Below are positions 1 through 14,700 of a stretch of 64,000 bases of DNA, one piece after another; the stretch's first letter is position 1; each line of letters begins with the position of its first letter. The translations under genes and the position numbers were made by a program. A model generated the notes under the pieces. That model saw only the letters and a list, made by a program, of their open reading frames with translations. It searched no databases and was not told the DNA's origin. The stretch lies in contig NMRA01000106.1 in NCBI GenBank assembly GCA_002633005.1, positions 663,655 through 727,654 on the forward strand. The letters run 5' to 3'. Origin of the DNA: Phoronis australis (taxonomy: Eukaryota > Animalia > Phoronida).

Positions 1-50
1 ACTAATTAATTCGTATTTTGCAGAGCAAAAATTTCCTAAAATCAACTCAC

Positions 51-185
51 TTTGTTTCTTGGCTGGTGCAGGCTTTGTCTGGTCAGGAACAGAAGGAATT
101 CTCGAAACAGTTTTGCGTTTGGTTTGTGGAGAAGCCAACTGTGAGGCGGAGCTAGTGGTGACAGCCATTGAAGCACGGCGAGGCT
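51..185 (-). CDS. Second copy (probably other haplotype) of the 135-nt CAP-Gly-gene exon (EPRRASMAV...VSRIPSV...KKQ)
   Basis: Near-identical to 2736-2870 with the same splice sites. Four substitutions, three synonymous, which supports the reading frame. Confidence 0.7.
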
Positions 186-1912
186 CTGCAAACCGAACGA
201 GTTCAACGTAAATAAAAGCAAAGCAAAGCTGGCCACAAATAACTGAGGTACAGTAAAGCAACAAATAGTAATGCAAATGCAGCAATTAAAGAGACACTTT
301 CCATCTCATGTTACCAAAACTAAAGATGCCACACAACCAACTGCTTAACAGATACATATTGTTAATGGCACTTTTGAAATAATGGTCTTCAAATTTATTA
401 GTCCTTTGGATGAAGGACTTTTGACTTTGTGTTCTTAATGAATTGGCACTGCTAACTGTAACTAAAATTCAAATTACTTTCGCATGTCTTACATCACGTC
501 ATTTCTGACTCACAAGCATTTTTCTTACACAGACCTCTAATCAACATCATGCATTTTTCATACACAGACCTCTAATCAACATCATGCAACTGACACAAAA
601 ACAGAGCAGCGAATCAAGAGACAATTGACGATTGCACAAAGGCAGTAATGAAATGCAAGATACGTGAATATCAGACCATACTGCAATCATGTCGTGAACA
701 CATCCACTAAAACAAGAAACTGTAGGAACACCGCATTTATCCACCTTCACTCTTATCAGGCTTCTATTGTGAGTCAGCATGCGTGAATAATTGGCTGATA
801 AGCCACCTCTGGAACTACTTTGGGCTGAATGGATGACCAGGCCATAAAATGATAATTAGCCAAGACCAGTTACTATAATGCAACAAAGAACAAGTAATAA
901 TGTCTTGCATCACCTAGCCTTGGTGGAAAGCTGNCCTTCACACAGGAATGTGCACACACTGTCGCCACCTTTTGGAAACTTGGGCGACTTGCCCATGGAC
1001 AAATGAAAACCAGGTATTTGATCCATAGTCAAAAGCCCTCAACAAGCTCAGTTTTTCAGAGTATCAAATTCTGAAATCGGCAACAACCAAGAGAACTATA
1101 TGCATCTCACAAGAAAGACTACAAATTGTAAATCCGCTTATATAGAATGGATTCTATAATTATCTGACCATTGACCCTGTGTTGAGCAGGACATCAGACT
1201 GTCCCCAAAAAGCAGCTGCCACACGGGTCACGACACTGATTACAAAATAGAATGATGAGAATCAGCAAGCAAGGATCTAGGATCCTGGTCATAGAGAGAG
1301 TACTGGATAGCTGTCTCAAAGGCATTCTACCTTTAGAGACACACTACATTATTCAATTACAGCCGCACAAAGAGTGACTCAACTCACCCTGACTTTCCAT
1401 TTTCAAAAACAGAGAAATCCATTTTGCCCAACATAAAATGATGCTGCTTTTACCTTTTTCCTACTTCATTGAGAAAGATAATACAAAAATCTTTTTCTGC
1501 TCAACTATGCTGCATCTCCGATTTATCAATAACTTCTCAAAACTCGAAAAATAACAGTGCCTTCTTCAAGGTGTCTGCTGCAAACAACTCGTGAGTGAAT
1601 TTGGGGCCAAAATTGTCAAATTTGATAAATTTTACAATTAATTTTTGGAAATAAACAATCAAAAACAATACAATTATGGTATCAAGTATAAAAATACATC
1701 AACTGCATTCGAAATCTGTAAATTCTGTGAAAGGAGTCACCCGTTTTGTGTATGAGCGGAAAACCTAAGCCTCTAAGAAAGCCAATGCATGGATCTGCTC
1801 CTGTCATACTATCCCCCCAGACACCACAAAAGGTGAACTTATTTTCAAAATACATTGAAAAGCATTGTAACTGACTGCAATAAAAATGAACTAAAGGTGC
1901 ATTCCAACTCAA

Positions 1913-1960
1913 CGCACACAACCACCCACGCACGCACACACACACACACACACACAAACA
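1913..1960. repeat. (CA)n microsatellite
   Basis: cacgcacgcacacacacacacacacaca run. Confidence 0.9.
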
Positions 1961-2735
1961 CTTTGCTACAAGCAGTTAAATAACCATCTGGGAGTATATC
2001 AAATGGGAAGCAGCAGTGACATCTAGAGAGAAATAGAGACATCTTGTTTATAGAGGTACTCAGACAGTTATTCTTCAGTTGAAGTGCACAAAAAATTCCT
2101 GAAAACTGACTTTTTTCTTTTTTCAAAGAACAACTGCCATCCATCAACTACACAAAATTTAATTGTTTTGTCACAGTTGTAACGCACATAGGACTTTGAA
2201 AATCAAGGAAATTCCATCAGTTCATTTTTACAAAATTTCAGCGTCTTTCAAAATATGTCGAACCCAGAAGAAACAATGCACCAGTTGTAAAGACAATCAA
2301 TTTTTCTAAAATCTATTGGTATACACCGACCTCTAGCCTATTAACATTGGCACAGCATTACAGTTAGTCATTCCTCAGGCCATCGTCAGGTGTTACAGAG
2401 TTCTTTGAAGGATGCCTCAATTAAGAACACTTCTAAGAATGCTTTAACACCTAAAGATGGAATGCCAGGAGAAGCGATCGACTCAAAATCGTACCAATCT
2501 ACATAGGATAGAGGTTAGTGTAATAGATTTAAGAAATGCTATTATCTCACCACCTCAAAGCAGTTTTAGGAAATCGGACATTTGTGAATAATTTAAACTT
2601 GTAATGCTCACAGAAGCACATCTGAACAATAGAAGAGAATTTATACAAAGAGGATTTATATTAAAATCATCTTCAAAGACTGTATACTAATTAATTCATA
2701 TTTTGCAGAGCAAAAATTTCCTAAAATCAACTCAC

Positions 2736-5700
2736 TTTGTTTCTTGGCTGATGCAGGCTTTGTCTGGTCAGGAACCGACGGAATTCTCGAAACAGTTTTG
2801 CGTTTGGTTTGTGGAGAAGCCAACTGTGAGGCTGAGCTAGTGGTGACAGCCATTGAAGCACGGCGAGGCTCTGCAAACCGAACGAGTTCAACGTAAATAA
2901 AAGCAAAGCAAAGCTGGCCACAAATAACTGAGGTACAGTAAAGCAACAAATAGCAATGCAGCAATTAAAGAGACACTTTCCATTTCATGTTACCAAAACT
3001 AAAGATGCCACACAACCAACTGCTTAACAGATACATATTGTTAATGGCACTTTTAAAATAATGGTCTTCAAATTTATTAGTCCTTTGGATGAAGGACTTT
3101 TGACTTTGTGTTCTTAATGAATTGGCACTACTAATTGTAACTAAAATTCAAATTACTTTCGCATGTCTTACACCACGTCATTTCTGACTCACAAGCATTT
3201 TTCTTGCACAGACCTCTAATCAACATCATGCAACTGACACAAAAACAGAGCAGCGAATCAAGAGACAATTGACGATTGCACAAAGGCAGTAATGGAATGC
3301 AAGATACGTGAATATCAGACCATACTGCAATGCATGCAAAATATTGATAATCAGAAGTGTGACAACACACTCCTCAGCAACCAAGTGGCCAAGCCAAGTG
3401 AAAATTTGTCATTTACACACTAAACCATAGACTCATGGGTAAAAAGTGCATTTTTCAAGCCAAGCTCTCAATTCGAGTGTCTGCGGTTCCAAGTTTTTAT
3501 TATACTATATCTGGATCAGTAACATCTCAATAAAATCGTGTAATTAGAACGTACCGTTCTTCTTCACAGGAGCCACCGTTCGTGTTGACGCAAGCGACTT
3601 CCGTTTAGTAGGCTTAGGTTCGGCAAGTTCAGCAGTGCTCTTAGATACACTATGCACGGACACGTGAGAGCCCTGGAACCAGAAGAGCGCCATCTTAAGA
3701 ACACGCGCGACACTACCTTTAATGCTATGCTCTATTCAGCAGATGAAGATATGTAATTATTGAATGCTTTTGGAGCAAAATGTTTCCCCGCTGATGCAGA
3801 GGTGCACGTGTACACTGTTTTGCTGACGACACATCTTTCACAATCTCGTTCACACCTATGTATATTCATCAGCAGCTTTGGTGGTAGCGAGATTCATTTT
3901 TCTCCGTCCAAAATACCATAAGATATCATTTGTAAATGAAACCACTTTTGTGTGTGCTACCACCTTTTGTCAGTGATTGGTAAATGTTGTTCTACGTAGC
4001 ATGTTGTTATCCAATGTGTGCATGCTGTAAAATTCACCAATATGGCCGACCAGTGAAATTTCATTTTCTCATTTTTCCGTATAAGATAGGCCACACCAAA
4101 ACAATGTTTTGACTTTCTGCACCATAGCTACCAACAAAAAATGTTTTGGAAAATTGTTGGCATTGATAACTATGCAAGAAGTATTTGAAAAATGAGAAAG
4201 GTCAATTTCAGCAATTTGTTCGAAATTGAAGACATTTTACTGTATACACATGTATATTAGTGAAGCTGTGCCAATATACCGAATCGGGTACAGGAGCATA
4301 ACCAAGGAGGAAAAATTTCCAATATTGTGAGAATGAAAGTTGTCTTTTTTAAATACAAAATGGAAGACATTGCGCAGAATTAAATTTAAAATTAATTATT
4401 ACATAGTAAAAATGGACAAAGACAAAGAATACCCAGTTTAAAACATGAACAAATACAATGGATATCCACCTGTGCCTATAAGTAAAACTAAGACACATGT
4501 GCCTATATGTGAAAAACTCTAGCAGAAAATTTTCTTTGAAAAAATGTATTATTTTGGCATGTAGGCACCCAGACTTAAGTACGTGATTTAGTGTATAAAT
4601 AATTGTAATCAAATTATAAGTCAAATACCTGTGCAATACAACTGGAAACAAAAGGATACAATAACACAGAATAATGCAAAGTGACTACAGAAATTTAAAA
4701 AACATGCTTGACACCATCAACCCACAACAAAATATAAATGACATTGTAAATGGGGTAGGTTGTGGGGTAAAGATAAGGGACATCTACAACTATAATGGAC
4801 GCCAAACAAAAATACATAGATCTCAAAATCAGGCTGAATAATGGCCTTCCAAATTATTTTGCAAAGTCATATCCAAATCTAAACCATGAGATGGCCAGAA
4901 ACAATGTGATCATTTATCACCAGTTGTCAATAGAAAACAATTTCACAAGTTCAAAAACCCAACCACAATCTGGCGAAACATGCTCCATACAAAAGGCAGG
5001 GGTGCAATGAACAAGGCTAGAGTGGCGATTTTGGTGAGTCCACACAAGACCACTGTTGTGTAAAATAAAATTTTGTGACTGTTTGGTAAGTAACGTCGCG
5101 ACCACAGTAGCATAAATTACCAAAATGGTCACAAAAGGCAGTGATTGGACAGCTACACCAGAATATGGAATTGTGGTAGTTAATGTATTTTGGGTGCTTA
5201 AGAATGACAAAAAACTGGCACTTTCTGTTGCATAAGCTTAATTTTATTTTGCAAGTTACAAGTATTAAAATGCACCCCTGCCACAAGGCACAAGAATTAA
5301 AATGCACCCCTGCCATAAGGCACAAGTATGAAAATGCATCCCTGCCACAAGGCAAAAGAGGTCTCTGGGTGCAAAGATTAAAACAAAATAGCATCCTTCA
5401 CCTTTCTGACTGATAACTCACTAATACACGACTGCATCCTTTTAGCTGAAGAAGCTGTACACGGGTATTTTATGTCATCAAACTAATTGTAAACAAATAA
5501 ATACTTTAGTGAATTAAAATATTGCTCATGCATGACACCTTACGTTCATTGGCAGTTAGTAGATGGGAAAGCAACAACTTTTAAAGCTGGGTGTGCAAAA
5601 TTATGAACTTGACACTTTTGTAGAAACAACCTCCACTCGAAAATGAGTATTTCAGACATGTCATGATTCCATTTCACTTGAGACACCTTGAAAGACACCG

Positions 5701-8700
5701 GATAAACTACATAACTACTACGCTTGGCTCTTGGAGATGCCGGAATATTTTTCAAACTTTTGAACTTCACTTGATGTGCTACATGTTCAAAATAACACAA
5801 ATGTCTTTGACCAATAACATTCAAGGCTGGCAGACGATAGACAGGTAAAGGGTTCAGTTCTGAAAGCGTCATGTCTGTAGAAGGACATGTCAGTAGAAGA
5901 CCACAAGACCAAGTGGAGATTGTCAGTTGGTCATGAGGATGCACTTTCAAAATACATTGACATTTACTTTCAAAATAACCTTTCTTTTCTTAGCAGTCCC
6001 ATTCTGAAGAAAAACAGAAAGTCGTACGCTCATGAAATGAAAGCAAAAAATCTTCATTTATATTAATTACCTATTAAATATCATAAACTGTTCACTCAAA
6101 CATTTACCATTACACACCCGGTGAAATATGATAACACGAAAGTGACATTGAAAAACACTTAGCTACTTCAATAGTTAATCAATAACTAGTGTACAATTCT
6201 TCAACACAATTATTAAACAACACTTTAAACGTTAGTGAAGTGAGAAAATTTATCAAAACAAATTAGGAATCTACAACTCCTGAATACAAATAACGTTGCT
6301 TAACATGCGACTACAAAACTAGTGCAGAATTTAGTCAATTCCTGTTTTCATGCATCTTTTTCTAAACAACGCCATCTATGAACATTCAGCTAAACTAATC
6401 ATATTTTTTCTAGCTATATGTGTCACTCTTCTACAGCTCTGTGAAACAAAGCACTTAAGCGGAAACGCGAGTTTTCAAAAGTTCATTAGTTATTCAAAAG
6501 AGATGCTCATCACTTTGTCAATTGACAATAATCAATGAGAAAAAAACATAAAAATTAACATCAGCAGGGGTCAGTGTTGCTAAAAGCAAAAATATCCCAA
6601 GATTCGATTGTTTATGCATTCCCAATCCAAACAGCGGTGTTAACAAAACTGCCCGAGCCATAGGGGGTCACTAAAATGGCAAAACAAGAATTCGAGGCGG
6701 GGTAGGTGCACTAAAAACAAATGTAAAAAACAGAATACCAGACAATCGTTTAATAGACTCAGAAGCGTAATCTTCATTGCCGTTATGCAGTCAAATAAAA
6801 GAGTTTACAAAACAAGTCCAACCTACCTCAGAGTTCAAAGACAGACTGCTGGAGCTTTTTATCCCAGATAATTCTAAATTCGAAACAGCACCAGGGACAT
6901 TGCGTTTACCTGAACAAAGGAGAAGATATGTTTATCAAGCATATCGTCCAAGTTCTACAAACCAAATTTGATTGTTGACACTTAATCCTGTGGTGACAGG
7001 TATGAGCATTTATTGATTAGAAACATCAAAATGTCTCAATCACATCATGTTTCGACAAGAACACCTACACTTCAAGGCTACAATTGAAAAATGACAAGGC
7101 CTAGACAGTGGTGTTTACTGAAAATTGTCATGACAACCATTTTGCTTGAGTCGTTATGTTTACCATGTTAGAAGCTTCTACAAGATTTGGTTCGCTTTCA
7201 ACATTGACAAAGCCAACACAAAACCAGAAAAATAAAAATAGCTGAACTTCCTTGATTACTACGTTGTTGAAGCGAAAATACGTAACAACGCATCAAACCT
7301 GCTGAAGATGGTCGTGATCTAGAATGACTGGCCCCATCCGTAGCATCCACGTGACGGTCATGTGGGGACTGTGACCTGCTGTTGACCTCTGACCCCGACC
7401 TTGGTGACCTCAGGTTGGCCTTCTTGGAAGCAGACGNACACCTTACGTTCATTGGCAGTTAGTAGATGGGAAAGCAACAACTTTTAAAGCTGGGTGTGCA
7501 AAATTATGAACTTGACACTTTTGTAGAAACAACCTCCACTCGGAAATGAGTATTTCAGACATGTCATGATTCCATTTCACTTAAGACACCTTGAAAGACA
7601 CCTGATAACTATATAATTACTACGCTTGGCTCTTGGAGATGCCGGAATATTTTTCAAACTTTTGAACTTCACTTGATGTGCTACATGTTCAAAATAACAC
7701 AAATGTCTTTGATCAATAACATTCAAGGCTGGCAGACGATAGACAGGTAAAGGGTTCAGTTCTGAAAGCGTCATGTCTGTAGAAGGACATGTCAGTAGAA
7801 GACCACAAGACCAAGTGGAGATTGTCAGTTGGTCATGAGGATGCACTTTCAAAAAACATTGACATTTACTTTCAAAATAACCTTTCTTTTCTTAGCAGTC
7901 CCATTCTGAAGAAAAACAGAAAGTCGTACGCTCATGAAATGAAAGCAAAAAATCTTCATTTATATTAATTACCTATCAAATATCATAAATTGTTCACTCA
8001 AACATTTACCATTACACACCCGGTGAAATATGATACCGTAACACGAACGTGACAATGAAAAACACTTAGCTACTTCAATAGTTAATTAATAACTAGTGTA
8101 CAATTGTTCAACACAATTATTAAACAACACTTTAAAAGTTAGTGAAGTGAGAAAATTTATCAAAACAAATTAGGAATCTACAACTCCTGATTACAAGTAA
8201 TGTTGCTTAACATGCGACTACAAAACAAGTGCAGAATGTAGCCAATTCCTGTTTTCATGCATCTTTTTCTAAACAACGCCATCTATGAACATTCAGCTAA
8301 ACTAATCATATTTTTTCTAGCTATGTGTGTCACTGTACTATAGCTCTGTGAAACAAAGCACTTAAGCGGAAACGTGAGTTTTCAAAAGTTTATTAGTTAT
8401 TCAAAAGAGATGCTCATCACTTTGTCAATTGACAATAATCAACGAGAAAAAAACATAAAAATCCACAAAGGCATCAGCAGGGGTCGGTAGCGCTAAAAGC
8501 AAAAATATCCCAAGACTCGATTATTTATGCATTCCCAATCCAAACAGCGGTGTTAACAAAACTGCCCGAGCCATAGGGGGTCACTAAAATGGCAAAACAA
8601 GAATTCGAGGCGGGGTAGGTGCACTAAAAACAAAATGTAAAAAACAGAATACCAGACAATCGTTTAATAGACTCGGACGCGTAATCTTCATTGCCATTAT

Positions 8701-11700
8701 GCAGTCAAATAAAAGAGTTTACAAAACAAGTCCAACATCACCTACCTCAGAGTTCAAAGACAGACTGCTGGAGCTTTTTATCCCAGATAATTCTAAATTC
8801 GAAACAGCACCAGGGACATTGCGTTTACCTGAACAAAGGAGAAGATATGTTTATCAAGCATATCGTCCAAGTTCTACAAACCAAATTTGATTGTTGACAC
8901 TTAATCCTGTGGTGACAGGTATGAGCATTTATTGATTAGAAACATCAAAATGTCTCAATCACATCATGTTTCGACAAGAACACCTACACTTCAAGGCTAC
9001 AATTGAAAAATGACAAGGCCTAGACAGTGGTGTTTACTGAAAATTGTCATGACAACCATTTTGCTTGAGTCGTTATGTTTACCATGTTAGAAGCTTCTAC
9101 AAGATTTGGTTCGCTTTCAACATTGACAAAGCCAACACAAAACCAGAAAAATAAAAATAGCTGAACTTCCTTGATTACTACGTTGTTGAAGCGAAAATAC
9201 GTAACAACGCATCAAACCTGCTGAAGATGGTCGTGATCTAGAATGACTGGCCCCATCCGTAGCATCCACGTGACGGTCATGTGGGGACTGTGACCTGCTG
9301 TTGACCTCTGACCCCGACCTCGGTGACCTCAGGTTGGCCTTCTTGGAAGCAGACGCCTTTGTCTCCACAGTTAGCTTGCTCTTGACCTTGCTGAGGTCGG
9401 GCATCTTGTGACTAATTTTCGGTTTGGGTTTCTCCTCCTTGGGTTTCTGTGGTTGAACAGGGTGGAGCTCAATGTTAAGCTTGCTCTTGACCTCTGTTTT
9501 CGGCTTCGGTTTACGTGACTTACTGGCTTCCAGCTCGGACATGATGTTACCCCACTTGCTCTTCGGTGTGTGCTTCACGATCTTCCTCGGTGTTTCCCCG
9601 TCGTGTTCATGATGAGACGAGACAGAATTGCTGCGAGACCGCCGATTATCTTTTACTGCCAGTTTATTCGAGTTTTTCTCTTTATCTGTCGCCTCACTCT
9701 TCTTCTTTGAGGAGACATTTTTAACATTCTTCTTGGTGGCTCTGTTGTCTATTTTTGCTCCCTTTTTCTGTTGCGCCGTTTTCGACTGAGTGGGAACAGG
9801 ATGCTTTTTGTCAACAGTTTTATGACCAACTGCTGCTTTATCATTAACAAATTCATGTTTTCCATCACTGTTTGCATTTGCAGGAGAAGAATTCTTTAGA
9901 GATATCGACTCTCTTTCACCACCATTTTTTTCTTCCACATGATCTTGCACTGTAACTTCTCTCTCAGCCAAAACATTGTCTGGTGCATTTTCAATCTTAC
10001 TTTCGGGTTTAATTTGCAACTCCACCTCCGCGTTTGGGACATTGTCGACAGCAATCCCCTCACCACTGATCAAGGTAGTGTCGTCGCAAATTTCCTCAAC
10101 GTCATCCACTGACATTTGCGAATCTTCCATGGTAGTGCTCACAGCGGGAGTCAGTTCTGTGGAAATACTCATACTGGCGACTTCAGAAGACATGCCTGAA
10201 CATGGCAAGTCATCTTCAGTGTCCACACACATTGGGTCGGCATCTTCCATGTGGTGAGGAATTTCATCTTTTTCCTTCTGCATGATATCATCAGCGACAT
10301 GCGAGTATTCTCCCGAAATGGACATTTGACTTTCATTATCCTGAGTGTCTGTCTGCAGGGCGTTCTCTTCAGGGTCTGGGACAACCTGAAAGTGCAGAAC
10401 TGGAATGACATATTGCAGACTCATGAACTTGGATGTGATACCTTCAAAACAAGAAAACAATTTCAACAGTTACTGTGGGACACCTATGGACACATACTGA
10501 TACCAAACATAGTGCAGACTCAATTACATGTTTCAAAGGTGAACAACAAGCAAACCGCATGGACAAGCATGATGACCATTCTAAGGTCAGTCTCCAAGGT
10601 CAGACCCCAACTCTCTGAAACCCGTTCCAAGATAAAAAAAAAACGATACTTGACCTAAAACCCCTAAATACCAGTTCTGATTTCTACACAAGTCATATAC
10701 CTGCAATATTCCCTGTTAAACACCAAAATTCCATTCATGGGAATTAAGTACAGGCCAGGGATCTTAATTCAAACCTGGATCTCGCAAGTTGGAATTTGGT
10801 ATCCATGTTCAGAGCACTTTTGGAGCCTGTGCAGGAGGCAAGCAGTGCAAGCCTGCTTAGGAACAGTACTCGAACAAGGTAGGCAGCTTTGAAAACAACT
10901 CCACTAACTTTTACCTGTTCGTTGTCTTCAGCTTGGTACAAGGCTTCCGGTACGCTAGTGTCTTGTCTGCAGGAAATAAAACACAGCACCACAGTTAAAT
11001 AATTGTCATTATCATGTTTGCCAACAATAAGAAATTCAAGTTTCTGCAAACCCACCACTGACCTAAGAAACTAATGTTAGATTTAGACTACTTACCGCTA
11101 TAAATCTTGCCTCGACTCATTCCTTCTTCACCTGAGAAGGGATTTCTAGGCTTCGAAAGAACTGACACTTCCTATCGCCCAAGAACATGGCTTACTGAAT
11201 AAAAATGAGTCGCTGTGACAACTAGTTGACAGGGCCTGGCCCTAAAAAGACTTCAAACTCACAGTTCCTCCTAAGTCGAGAAATCATCTCTAACCTGAGT
11301 AGCAGACAATTTGAGACATGTTATGTAATGGTAAGTGGTCCCATTCAGAAATCAATTTTTTAATAGAAGGCGGATTTATTGCACAGAGGGAAAAAATTAT
11401 AGTAATACTTAGAGATGATGAAGTTGCTTACCACGAACAAAATTGGACTTCCAGTGAGTTTCAACTTGACTAATGTACTATTTCCATAAAAATTAATAAA
11501 TTTAAATGTGTGAGTCACAGAAACACAACAGCGTTAGTTTACTATGACACTGAGAAGTTTACTCAGTTCAACTTCACCAGCCCAGATATAACGCTTTCTA
11601 ACGGTTTCTGGGCTTAAGTCTTATTATTGTACATTGTATTTTGCATAAAAAACATTAACTTCACCAGCAATTTCCGTGAACAGTAGTTTGAACAGTGAAA

Positions 11701-14700
11701 TGACTGAAAAATAGTGAACAATTTTACTGATGGCGTTATTTGACACACTGCTAATTAATGAAAATAATCTAGTGTACACAAATATAAAATATGTTAATTG
11801 TTAATCAAGGTTCAGCCATTACCATATACAAATTAAGTGGCATGAAAATCCCTAGACACATTTTTATAAAACATTTTGAAGAATTTTAATAATCATAACT
11901 CTTCAACACTCTTAGAGAAACAGGCTACACTTGATTTACTTCATCGGTTCCCCCGGGTCAACCAGCTAAGACATCTGATTGGTCTGTAAGATAGAAGTGG
12001 TCATCGAGAACAACTCAACTGTCTTAGCCAGTTGACCAGCAGAACTGAAAAATTGAATCGAGGGCAGCTTCGGTAGCTTCTAACAGAAGTCACTCGAGCC
12101 AACGGTAAATAAAACCTTTTTAAAAAAGTTTTAAGGCTATAATAACCGAACAATTATGATTAAGCCATAAAATGCATTGTTCATCATTACCCATAACATG
12201 TGACTGCAAAAGACCTTTGCTGCGATATCCAGCGCTTAAGTTATGCATTGACAATATCCAGAAATTATGTGAAACTTCATTTCACTTCATGGAAAAGTGA
12301 GATACAGAAAACAGCTATTGAGTCTGTACACAGCAGGTAGTTACATTGTTAAGAAGGCATGATACGCGCATTAATATAAGCCAATGTAGAGTTAAGTGCT
12401 GTAATTGTGCACAAGTAACACCAACCTTGAACACTTGAAAACACACCAATTTGGCATCTGTGAAAGGAACCATTACAGGTCTATACACCACGACCCGAAT
12501 ATTTAAGAAATATTTTCACGTCTATGACAATGGCATTCTGTTTGAATGGGAAACTAACTACAATGCTTGCTGTATTCTTCCACATTAAAGGGTATAAATT
12601 GAAAATCTAAAGTATGGGGAAAGAAATTAAGTCGGACAGAGGTGATTAAAAGAAAGCATTGATTTTCTAAATATTGTGATGGGGTTTACTCCATCTGCCA
12701 ATTGTGGATAAATGACCACAGAGTGGTAGATATGGGAGACACAGCACACACAGACTATGTGTTGCTTCTGAGATGAAGGCAAGAAATTGCATTTTGAGAG
12801 ACAAGAGGAGCATTCATGAGGATATGGTGTTTTGAGAAACCCAAAGTTTGGGTGCATATCGAGCATGGGTGTTTAAAAGGGAAAATTTTGAGAATCAAGG
12901 GGTGGGTGTTTGGTCAAATGTGGACCTTGACCCTGATAAGAACTGTTATGACAAGTTATAAATACAAAGATCGAATGGAATTTTTTTTATTGAAATTAAT
13001 AGTAAATTCATCAGGATATACAAAAAAGCAAATTTTTTGATTTATCCTCCAAAACCTACAAGACATTATATGCAGTGAGGCTTCACAAATTATACTTACA
13101 AATTAGGAATTACGGGCCCTGCATCAGTAATGTCTGAGTCACAGCACATCTCATCAACATCATGACCATCAGATGGCACTCCGGTCTGTTCATTGGCTGA
13201 AATCATGAAACACTCGGGTTTAATCAAGCACTGTCAAACAGTAACTGCAAAATTAGAAACAAACTCAACAAAAAATTTGACATGCACATTTAGAAGAACT
13301 TCTTTTTTCTGAAACAAATTTGATTGATATATGTTTCATATTCTTCAATAAGCTTTAAAAAATAAAATAAAAATTATACCTTCAGCAATGAACTACGCAT
13401 TGCTGTTACATACTCGGACGGAACCATGGCAAACAGATTGTGCATGTATGAAAATCACATTAATCTAATTTGGAAGCAGGCAATATAGATCATACAAGAT
13501 TCACCTAATCTACTTTGGCAGAAAACGAATATAACTCAATATTCGATGCACTCAAATGCACAACGGTGATGGTTATGCAATAACCATTCGATCGCAAAAG
13601 CAACGACGGATGTGGGATAATCCAAAGGATAAAGTTATCAACGTTATCTGCACGCTATTGGCTGAATGCAACTGTGTTCACCGGGGACATGAGAACATGA
13701 GTACAGACACACACAGCTAGTAAACAGTCTGCCTAATGGACTATTGATTCAGACTATAAATGAGGTCTTCTTCTAATGACACAAAGTGTAAATGAGTGTG
13801 GGGTGGGGTAGCTTGTGTTCAGTATTACAGTGTGTCGCTGACGACAGATCTGCGAAGTGCCAAAACCAAGGGTTTTCAAATAAGTGGAAAATTGGATCGT
13901 ATGACCGTACACTGTATTATTTTACATAAGCCACAAGTAGCGTGCTACCAGATTAGAGAAAATGTCTGTTTTTAAGAATTCTCTCGCAAAATAGTTTTAA
14001 GTACACAATGCCCCAAATAACAGTTACAATTTGAACAACAAATCTTCACCTAGTTGGCAAACAACATGGTAGACAAGTGGAATTTAATGTTTGGTGAAAT
14101 TCTAAACAAAAAGAAAAATTTCCTTTTTTGTCGACGCCAGTTCAGCCAACCACGTCACAGCATCACTGACGCTGGTTTGAGTTCAGCACAAAAGCAGAAG
14201 TGCACCTCAATTTATTTGACATCAACAAAAAGGAAATAACAAATCACCACATCAATTTTCAACACAACCACAGATCACAACCAAATATCCTTTTTTGGCT
14301 AATTTGATGAATGTTCTGTCCCAAATTGAAGAAATTTTGTGGTTAATCAGGATCTGTTCATAATTTTGCACATCAATATCTCTGCTTCCTAATCAATAAA
14401 ACTACTTAGAACACACGTGAACTTTTAGCTCTTCGTCATGGTTCATCTAAAGGCCGTATCTCAAGGTCAGTCCGTTACCCTTGACAGTTATTACAGAGTT
14501 ATGTTCACCGGGGTATAAATAATGGATTGCTAAAACTGCAGTGAATTTAATAATAATCCCTTTCACAGCAAATGAACTATCAGTAAAACCAATGAAATGG
14601 TAACAAGAGTCTTTTTATTCATTGACTCTATTGACCAATGGTGTTATCAGTGACAAGGTCACCTTCATTTTAGATACTACGGTGAATGAAACAAAACAAT

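Larger units (their letters stand above)
1..3331. repeat. Near-identical duplication 1-~688 vs 2686-~3331, with a single N at 934 (likely haplotype overlap)
   Basis: Direct sequence identity with scattered SNPs. Copy 1 carries an extra ~35-nt tandem unit at ~515-590. Confidence 0.88.

Noticed and set aside
5546-5950. 134-aa minus-strand ORF (and copy at 7577-7852)
   Set aside because: The second copy is frameshifted, there is no recognisable domain, and the gene model closes phases without it.
6777-6971. Plus-strand ORFs 6777..6971 and 8691..8897
   Set aside because: They overlap antisense to the real 83-nt minus-strand exon; shadow ORFs.
9117-9217. Hydrophobic C-terminal tail (AIFIFLVLCWLCQC) of ORF 9117..10466 as a membrane anchor
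   Set aside because: It lies past a usable donor at 9218 whose phase matches the next exon, so it is most likely intron read-through; an alternative terminal isoform cannot be excluded without transcripts.
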